Shown: positions 26,859 through 33,571 of the stretch, piece after piece
Layout: every line of letters begins with the position of its first letter
How positions within the stretch are numbered: the stretch's first letter is position 1
Assembly: GCA_016928395.1 (NCBI GenBank)
Contig: JAFGKV010000067.1
Span: 1-33,571 of the forward strand
Length of the DNA stretch: 33,571 nt
DNA from: Candidatus Fermentibacterota bacterium
GTDB lineage: Bacteria > JAFGKV01
Direction: 5' to 3'
Position numbers and translations under genes: made by a program
The notes under the pieces: model-generated
What the model saw: the letters and a program-made list of their open reading frames with translations, nothing else
Told to the model about the DNA's origin: nothing
Databases searched by the model: none

Positions 26859-28223
26859 TCACGCGCGGGGGCGACGCAGGCCATGCCGCTCGATCTTCTT
26901 GTACAGGTTGGAACGCTGCATCCCTATGTCCTGCGCCGCTTTCGTCACGTTCCATCCGGCCTGCTCAAGCCTGCGAGCGAGGTAGTCTCGCTCGGCGGAC
27001 TGAACGAACTGCTCGAAGGTCTCCCCATAGGGAAGGGCATCTGAGGATGCGCTCAAGCCTTGATCAATATGACGACTGAGCTGCTGTGGGCTGATCTCGG
27101 CCTGCGTGCAGAACAACGCCACGCGCTCCATTACGTTCTTCAACTCCCGCACATTGCCGGGCCACGGATGGGCCATGAGCAGCCCTCGCGCTGTATCCCC
27201 GAGACGAATTGGCGGTTTGCCCATCTTCATCGAGAAGGCCTCAAGGAAATGCGCTGCAAGAACAGGTATATCTTCCCGTCGTTCCCGCAGAGGCGGCACC
27301 CTGATTGGCACGACGTTCAGCCTGTAGTAGAGATCCTCGCGAAACCGTCCCTGAGCGACCTCGTCACCCAGCGGTTTGTTCGTCGCAGCGATAACGCGAA
27401 CGTCGACGCTGATGGCGGCATTCCCTCCGACTCTTGACAGCGTTCCTTCCTCCAGCACGCGAAGCACTTTCGCCTGTGCGGTCATGCTCATATCACCGAC
27501 CTCATCCAGAAACAGGGTTCCCTTGTGGGCCAGCTCGAACTTCCCCTGACGGCGAGCCGTTGCGCCGGTGAACGCCCCTTTCTCATGCCCGAATAGCTCA
27601 CTCTCGATCAGCTCTGCCGGCAATGCGGCGCAGTTCACCTCGACAAAGGGTTCATCCCTGCGGGTGCCGCCCGCATGTATGGCCCGGGCGACCAACTCCT
27701 TGCCGGTACCCGACTCCCCGGTGATGAGAGCTCGCGAGTCGGTTGACGCGACCAGCACAATGGTCGCGCGAAGACTCACCGTGGCCGGAGAAACGCCCAG
27801 AATGCTGTTCAATCCCGGCTGGCCCGTCCGGAGTAATCGCGCCTCCCGGGCGAGCCGACGCTGCCGGCCCGCGTTCCGCACGGTGACCAGAAGACGATCC
27901 TGATCTAACGGCTTCTCCAGGAAGTCGAATGCACCCAGCCTTGTCGCCTGTACCGCCGTAGATAGGTCGGCATGGGCCGAGACCATAATGACTTCCGGTC
28001 GGTTGTCCTCCGCCGAGAGCCGCTCCATCATCTCCAGGCCATCCATTCTTGGCAGCCGAAGATCCAGCAGCACGACGTCAAAATGAGATTTGTTGATCCT
28101 CTCCAGTCCCTGCTCCCCCGAGGAAGCCTCGTCCACCGTCATCCCGGCGTACTCCATCACCATGCGCATTCCTTCACGCACGGGGGCTTCGTCGTCGACA
28201 ATGAGAATGCGGAGTTGTTCCAC
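26859..28223 (-). CDS. Sigma54-dependent response regulator (NtrC/NtrX family; REC-AAA+-HTH)
   Basis: ILIVDDE, VLLDLRLPRMDG, GESGTGKE, ESELFGHEKGAFTGA, LFLDEVGD, FREDLYYRLNV, WPGNVRELKN and a Fis-type HTH. GTG 28223 has a GGAGG RBS. Confidence 0.95.
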   Translation of the reverse strand: MEQLRILIVDDEAPVREGMRMVMEYAGMTVDEASSGEQGLERINKSHFDVVLLDLRLPRMDGLEMMERLSAEDNRPEVIMVSAHADLSTAVQATRLGAFDFLEKPLDQDRLLVTVRNAGRQRRLAREARLLRTGQPGLNSILGVSPATVSLRATIVLVASTDSRALITGESGTGKELVARAIHAGGTRRDEPFVEVNCAALPAELIESELFGHEKGAFTGATARRQGKFELAHKGTLFLDEVGDMSMTAQAKVLRVLEEGTLSRVGGNAAISVDVRVIAATNKPLGDEVAQGRFREDLYYRLNVVPIRVPPLRERREDIPVLAAHFLEAFSMKMGKPPIRLGDTARGLLMAHPWPGNVRELKNVMERVALFCTQAEISPQQLSRHIDQGLSASSDALPYGETFEQFVQSAERDYLARRLEQAGWNVTKAAQDIGMQRSNLYKKIERHGLRRPRA

Positions 28224-28686
28224 CGTTGCCTCCAGACCAGATGCCCATGAATGCGCCATCAGCTACAAGAATTCCCCTCCATTGTCAAGCCGGGCCGGCC
28301 TCCGAGGCCTTTCGACCGACGAGGATGAGGCCTCGGTGGCCGAACAGGATCCGGCCCTGAATTCACAGACGCGGGCTGGCATCGCATCGCAATCGTAATC
28401 GCATCGCAGTCGAGTGCACGGGCGCGCATCCACCCCGATAGCGACACCCACACCGAGCCAATCGGCCCGCCCCGCATCCGCCGGTGCGGGGCTCCCACAA
28501 AAAACCAACCGGAGCGAGCGGAGTCGAAATTCAGAAGCTCCACTCCTCCATTCATCCATCCATCCCCTCCATTCCATCCTTCCCGTATCTCGTGCTCTCA
28601 GCCCTAAAGAATCAGAGCGCGCCCGCGCCTTCGGAGGCCCCACTGGACCCTATACAGCCATCGCGCACATGCAAGACAGCCTTCAT

Positions 28687-28715
28687 TTGCCCCCCCAACC
28701 TCGGGAGCGTATACT
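28687..28715 (+). promoter_or_regulatory. Sigma70 promoter of Ig-like lipoprotein copy 1
   Basis: TTGCCC, 17-nt spacer, TATACT. TATACT is also present upstream of copy 2 (32602-32607). Confidence 0.55.
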
Positions 28716-28794
28716 GCGAGGCCGATGCACGTGGAAATCAAATACCCCGCTGCAAGCCTTCGCTCTCACACCCGTCCTCGAAGGGAGTCATTGG

Positions 28795-29331
28795 ATGATG
28801 CGATTCGGTGTGGTTCTCCTCACTCTGGTCGTGCTGTTACTCTCATGTACATCCAAGTCGGAATCACCTGCCAGCCGGAAGGTCTCTACCGACACCGCAC
28901 TCACGGCAGGCAAGCCTGGGCCGGCCAAACTTGTACCTCGCAAGCCTCCAGCCAAGCCGGCCACACGAGTTGACCCCGCCTACGCGTACAAGCTCCTCAA
29001 ACATGCTACCCCGCAGGAGATGCAGGCGGAATCGGTAGCCGTTGTGTCGGTGAGACTCAAGAATGCATCGAACCGTGCGTGGACGACGAAGGGCCCCGTC
29101 AAGCTGGGCTACTACTGGCTGGATGCCGCGGGCAAACGGATTCCCAAAGCCCAGGGCCGTGCCCTCGTGCGAAAGGATACGCCTCCCGACTCGACGGTGG
29201 GGATCCGGTGCCGCGTCAAGGCCCCGACGGCCAAGGGTGAGCATATTCTCGTCTATGACATGATTGAGGACACAACCTGGTTCGGCAACAAGGGCGCCCC
29301 AAGGACTCGCGTCTCCGTCAAGGTGAAGTAG
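28795..29331 (+). CDS. Lipoprotein with Ig-like (NBR1-Ig/FW-like) domain, copy 1
   Basis: GGAG RBS; LLLS-C lipobox; Pro/Lys/Ala linker; VRLKNASNRAW...VKLGYYWLD...KAPTAKGEHILVYDMI..TTWF..KG. Confidence 0.85.
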   Translation: MMRFGVVLLTLVVLLLSCTSKSESPASRKVSTDTALTAGKPGPAKLVPRKPPAKPATRVDPAYAYKLLKHATPQEMQAESVAVVSVRLKNASNRAWTTKGPVKLGYYWLDAAGKRIPKAQGRALVRKDTPPDSTVGIRCRVKAPTAKGEHILVYDMIEDTTWFGNKGAPRTRVSVKVK

Positions 29332-29591
29332 ACCCGAGTCTCTTGTGGGGCGGGGGTGGCGACAGCGTCGGATTCGTCGGCCGTGGCTCGACCCATTAGA
29401 AACCACCCGCCCGGAAGGCATATGGAGCTTGGCCGATGCGCCCTTCTCATGCTCCACAGTAGCCTCTGCAGATTCCCCCGCGATCTGCCGCCTTATTCGC
29501 GCAGGCACGGGGTCCTGCACCTATTCAGAGTGAAGGGCGGCCGGCTGGACATGGGTACTAGCCGTCTCATGATGGGGGGGCGAATCCTTCA

Positions 29592-31025
29592 TTGACCTTC
29601 TCCAGCGGCGTCTTCTTGTTCTACTTCTTGCCGCTCTTTCTCCTGGTGTACGCTGTAGTGCCTCAGCGACATCGGCTGATGGTGATTTCGCTGGCCAGCT
29701 ACGTCTACTGCGCCTGGTGGCGGCCGGGATTCGTCCTGCCCCTGGCCATCGTCACCATCATTGGATTCGTCGGCGGCGTCGTGATCGACAGGGAACGATC
29801 CCACGGTCGCAAAGGCGAAGGATGTTTGCTGGCCACCCTCATCGCACTGCTGGGGCTTCTGACATACTTCAAGTATAGCGTGTTCGCCGTGGACATCCTG
29901 AACGCCGTTCTTCGTCGTACAGGAGCCCCTCCGATCAGGATCGCCGATATCATCCTCCCGGTCGGGCTCTCGTTCTACACCTTCAAGACCGTCAGCTATA
30001 TCATCGACGTCTACCGAGGGGCCTCTCCTCCGGCGGCGAATCTCCTGGCGTTCGCGACCTATGTGGCCATGTTTCCCCAGCTCGTCGCCGGCCCGATTGG
30101 CCGCTACAAAGCGACATCGGACGAACTGCGCTCGCGGAACCACTCAGTGGAGCTGTTCTACCGTGGAGTGCTCTTCTTCCAGATCGGACTCGCCGGCAAG
30201 GTATTGGTGGCCGACACGTTGGGTTCCGTTGCAGACCAGGCATTCGACTCGGGCGTGGGAGGGCTCGCTGATGCATGGATCGGGGCACTGGCATACACCT
30301 TCCAGCTCTTCTTCGACTTCGCGGGCTACTCAGACATGGCGATCGGGCTTGGCCTCATGATGGGCTTTCACTTCCCCGTGAACTTCAACTGCCCCTACCG
30401 GGCCGTCAGTGTCACGGACTTTTGGCAACGCTGGCACATCACGCTTTCGACTTGGCTTCGTGACTATCTGTTCTTGCCGGTGGCATACCTTGGCTCACGC
30501 CGGGTTCGGGATTTCCGCCTCTTTGGGTTCAGCCAGGACTACTATGTCTACGCGCTGGCGGCGCTGGTGACCATGTCATTGGCGGGTCTCTGGCACGGTG
30601 CAGGTTGGAGTTTCGTTGCATGGGGTACATACCACGGGCTCTGGCTGGTGATCGACCGGTTCCTTACCAGAAAGCGACTCTGCCGTCACACGCCGCGTCC
30701 ATTGCGTGTCTTTGCGACCTTCTTGATTATCCTCTTCGGATGGATTCTCTTTCGGTCGGGAACGCTACGGGACGCGGGGGCCTATCTCAGGACAATGCTG
30801 GCGCTGGGCTCTGATCCCTTGGCGCCTCTTGCTCTCGAGATCCGCCCGATTCATCTCCTGATAGGTGCTCTCGCGGCCGCCTGGGCTTGGTTAGCGCCGC
30901 CGGCGCACGACCTCGTTCCCACTGCTGGGCCCGCCGCAGTCTTTCTGCTTCAGCTTGTCTTCATCATCAGCATCCTTCATCTGCATTTCCACGAGCATGT
31001 CCCCTTCCTCTACTTCCGATTCTGA
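29592..31025 (+). CDS. MBOAT family O-acyltransferase (AlgI/PatA-like)
   Basis: FSS..FLFYFLP, LPVGLSFYTF, FPQLVAGPI, DFAGYSDMAIGL, FWQRWHITLSTWLRDY, GLWHGAGW (catalytic His) and PFLYFRF; TTG start. Confidence 0.95.
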   Translation: MTFSSGVFLFYFLPLFLLVYAVVPQRHRLMVISLASYVYCAWWRPGFVLPLAIVTIIGFVGGVVIDRERSHGRKGEGCLLATLIALLGLLTYFKYSVFAVDILNAVLRRTGAPPIRIADIILPVGLSFYTFKTVSYIIDVYRGASPPAANLLAFATYVAMFPQLVAGPIGRYKATSDELRSRNHSVELFYRGVLFFQIGLAGKVLVADTLGSVADQAFDSGVGGLADAWIGALAYTFQLFFDFAGYSDMAIGLGLMMGFHFPVNFNCPYRAVSVTDFWQRWHITLSTWLRDYLFLPVAYLGSRRVRDFRLFGFSQDYYVYALAALVTMSLAGLWHGAGWSFVAWGTYHGLWLVIDRFLTRKRLCRHTPRPLRVFATFLIILFGWILFRSGTLRDAGAYLRTMLALGSDPLAPLALEIRPIHLLIGALAAAWAWLAPPAHDLVPTAGPAAVFLLQLVFIISILHLHFHEHVPFLYFRF

Positions 31026-31089
31026 AGCCCGGGAACTTCTCCCCGGAAATGGCGAGAGGTCGACCCGAGGCATGTGTGGGGCCTGGTGG

Positions 31090-32277
31090 ATGAAGAGTGT
31101 CGCACGATGGTCTGTGGTGGTGCTGTTCCTCGTCGTCACGGCCGGCACTGGGATAGTCGATTCCCTAACGCCGCTGCCCATGCCCCGTTTGGTGGGGAGA
31201 GAGAAGGCTTCCGAAGAGCGACTGAGACGAGAAGCAAGGATCGCCGACGGATCCAAGGCTCGACTCGTCGAACGGTCTCAGCGCATGCGGTCACGCGTCC
31301 GACAGGCGGCTGCATGCGAGTATGGCTTCGTCTTGTACCGATGGCTCCACGAGGTTCGCCCTACTGTAGTTCGAGGGAAGGACGGGTGGCTCTTCCTGAA
31401 AAGCCGGGCCTGTCCTCGCCGGATCATACATGATGCCGCCCTCTCGAGGCTGGCATCGCAGATAGCGGTGATCTCAAAGCGGCTGGCCGATCAGGGCTCA
31501 CGACTTGTGATGGTACCAGTCCCCAGGAAGGCCGTGCTTTGCGCCGATCGCCTTCCATCCTGGTGTAATTCGCAAGCCGCCGTCGATAGCGCGTTCGTCG
31601 CTCATCTGACAGGCAACGGCGTCATCTGCGTCGATCTCCTGCACGCTCTGAGGGCTTCCTCCGCGTCACCCTACTACTACAAGCTCGGAAGCCACTGGAA
31701 TCATAAGAGTAGGATAGTCGCAGCCGAGGAGATGTGCCGCGTCGCGGGCATTCTCGCCCCTGAGACTGATAGGCTCACGCGAATCCTTCCCCTTGGTCAG
31801 CGACCCGAGGACTTTGACGTCCTCAAGTACGCAGGCATCGAACCCAATCGGCGGATCAAACGGCGCCTTGCGGGCACGACCTCTCTATGCTACAGGGTTT
31901 CGTCGCCGCGGGGAAAGGCGGCGAGGTCCGACGTGGACTTGCCGATACTGCTTTTTGGATCCAGTTTCTCCAACACTCCCCTTCCCGATCTGATCCATCA
32001 CTACTCGACTATTCCCGTGGAGCGACACGCGCGGCCGGGCGTCAAAGCGCTGGATTTCCTTGCCAAATACCTTCGTGAGGCCGGCGGGCGACTTGCGGCG
32101 GGAGACCGGCCGCGGACGATATTCGTTGAACTGCCTGTCCACTCTGTGTTCGATGGGTTGGATAGTAGCATCTCGTCGCTGTTGAGCCTTCTGCCGCCTT
32201 CCCGCCCGATTCTCGCGTCATCCGAAGGACGATCTGGAATGAGGCACGACCTCAAGAAGGACCCAGTCGTTGACTGA
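31090..32277 (+). CDS. AlgJ/AlgX-like SGNH O-acetyltransferase
   Basis: N-terminal TM; VVRGKDGWLFL, LVMVPVPRK, YYKLGSHWN and LLFGSSFS; directly follows the MBOAT gene. Confidence 0.8.
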   Translation: MKSVARWSVVVLFLVVTAGTGIVDSLTPLPMPRLVGREKASEERLRREARIADGSKARLVERSQRMRSRVRQAAACEYGFVLYRWLHEVRPTVVRGKDGWLFLKSRACPRRIIHDAALSRLASQIAVISKRLADQGSRLVMVPVPRKAVLCADRLPSWCNSQAAVDSAFVAHLTGNGVICVDLLHALRASSASPYYYKLGSHWNHKSRIVAAEEMCRVAGILAPETDRLTRILPLGQRPEDFDVLKYAGIEPNRRIKRRLAGTTSLCYRVSSPRGKAARSDVDLPILLFGSSFSNTPLPDLIHHYSTIPVERHARPGVKALDFLAKYLREAGGRLAAGDRPRTIFVELPVHSVFDGLDSSISSLLSLLPPSRPILASSEGRSGMRHDLKKDPVVD

Positions 32278-32684
32278 CGCCGCGTCCCGGCACTCCGCCT
32301 ACCATCTGGAGTCGTAGCCTAGACGGCAACACGCTTGGTGCGAGTTCGCATGGTCGGCAGAATCAGTCCAGGAGACTCGGAGAAAGTCGGCCGCCGTGGG
32401 GCATCGCTCCCTACCTATGTGGCCTCTGGATGGACCCGCACACCCGCGTGCATAAGCCCCCATGGGCTTCTGCCATCGAAATCCCCGTACTCACGCGCAC
32501 GCATTCTGTCGAGGAGCCAGATCACCCTTGGAACTGGCCTCTGGTTACCGGGGATCGCCTTCGGTGCAGCAGACTGCCTGCTACACGAGACCGCGCGACC
32601 GTATACTGTCGGGCCAGTGTAAGAGTAAGTCGAACACCCCTCTCCGGGTCTTCCCCCACACACCTTTTCGAAAGGAGTCCCTGA

Positions 32685-33221
32685 ATGATGCGACACGGTG
32701 TGGTCCTTCTCGCCGCGGTCGTGCTCTTGTTCTCATGTGCCTCCAAGTCCGAGCCCCCGGCCAAACGCGGGGACTCCGCCTCCGGCGCGCTCACCGCGGG
32801 CACACCCGGTGCGGCCAAGCCTATCCCTGGCAAACCTGCGGCGAAGCCTGCCAGGCGCGTTGACCCTGCGTTCGCGTACAAGCTCCTCAAGCATGACACT
32901 CCGAAGGAGATGCGCTCGGAATCCGTGACGGTGGTGTCGGTGAGAGTAAGAAACTCCTCCAACCGCACGTGGCTGGCCAAGGGCCCCATCAAACTGGGCT
33001 ACTATTGGCTGGATGCCGCGGGCACGCGCATCCCCAAAGCCCAGGGGCGCGTTCTTGTGAGGAAGGATACCCCTCCCGACTCGACGGTGGGCATCCGCTG
33101 CCGCGCCAAGGCCCCGGCGACCAAGGGTGAGCATGCCCTCGCCTATGACATGATCGACGGCACGACCTGGTCCGGCAACAAGGACGCCCCAAGGACTCGC
33201 GTCCCCCTCAAGGTCAAGTAG
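32685..33221 (+). CDS. Lipoprotein with Ig-like (NBR1-Ig/FW-like) domain, copy 2
   Basis: AGGAG RBS; LLFS-C lipobox; same length (178 aa) as copy 1 and colinear with it, about 133/178 identical by manual count. Confidence 0.85.
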   Translation: MMRHGVVLLAAVVLLFSCASKSEPPAKRGDSASGALTAGTPGAAKPIPGKPAAKPARRVDPAFAYKLLKHDTPKEMRSESVTVVSVRVRNSSNRTWLAKGPIKLGYYWLDAAGTRIPKAQGRVLVRKDTPPDSTVGIRCRAKAPATKGEHALAYDMIDGTTWSGNKDAPRTRVPLKVK

Positions 33222-33571
33222 CCCCAATCACGTACCGAAGCCACGCAACCGTTGCGGAGGTAGAGGCGTTTTCTCCTGTCGCCTGCTGCACGAGGGGGAG
33301 TTGACGGTTATCCTGCTCCGCGGGAGAATGCAGCGCGAGCCGCGATCAGTGAAGGCGACTGGCGCGAGTACTATTTCCCGCCCGAAGCCTCCACCCCCGC
33401 GGCCTGATCAGTAGCGCAGGATCAGGGCGATGCGTTGGTACTCGCGGAGGAGGTCTTTCTCCACGAAGACCACTCTGCCCTTCTTCGGATGTTCCGCGTT
33501 TGCGAGACGGGGTGGGGAGTACGAAAGACGTTGCCATTTAAGGCGATTTCCGTCTCTCGGTCAGCTTCTTC

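Noticed and set aside
28414..28794. Long N-terminal extension of lipoprotein copy 1 (305 aa ORF)
   Set aside because: The paralogue, RBS, promoter and lipobox all place the start at 28795.
28795..33221. The two lipoprotein copies as a DGR TR/VR pair or as IS ends of a composite transposon
   Set aside because: Differences are not adenine-specific and are spread along the whole gene. Both copies are intact lipoprotein ORFs with no transposase or terminal inverted repeats.
33222..33571. Possible gene end or small ORF on the minus strand at the right edge (33346..33537 and other frames)
   Set aside because: Too little sequence, no recognisable motif, and the frame cannot be determined.

Overview
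GC-rich bacterial chromosomal segment of about 26 genes. A diderm FCB-group organism is inferred from a PorV/PorQ-family gene next to a secreted protease with a T9SS-type C-terminal sorting domain. Left to right: a minus-strand run holA > PorV-like > M6 metalloprotease > edge-truncated DUF5683-like gene; plus-strand envelope genes (PEGA protein, propeller lipoprotein, TPR-SH3b protein, membrane-anchored FGE/SUMF1-domain protein with a long structured leader); a DUF4446 gene; a three-subunit XdhD/YgfM-like molybdenum hydroxylase; an isolated amrS; a TPR lipoprotein, DUF5683, ridA, two DUF507 genes and a 72-aa protein; a galactokinase homologue lacking the galactose-binding signature; an orphan NtrC/NtrX-type regulator upstream of a sigma54-promoter operon (FN3 lipoprotein, DUF4384 protein with CxxCH, Thr-type sulfatase-TPR); and an AlgI/AlgJX-like O-acyltransferase pair between two ~75%-identical Ig-like lipoprotein genes. 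I saw no rRNA, tRNA, CRISPR array, transposase, integrase or reverse transcriptase. A few GT(A/G)G REP-like palindromes occur in intergenic spacers. Family calls come from motif recognition by eye, not database searches.
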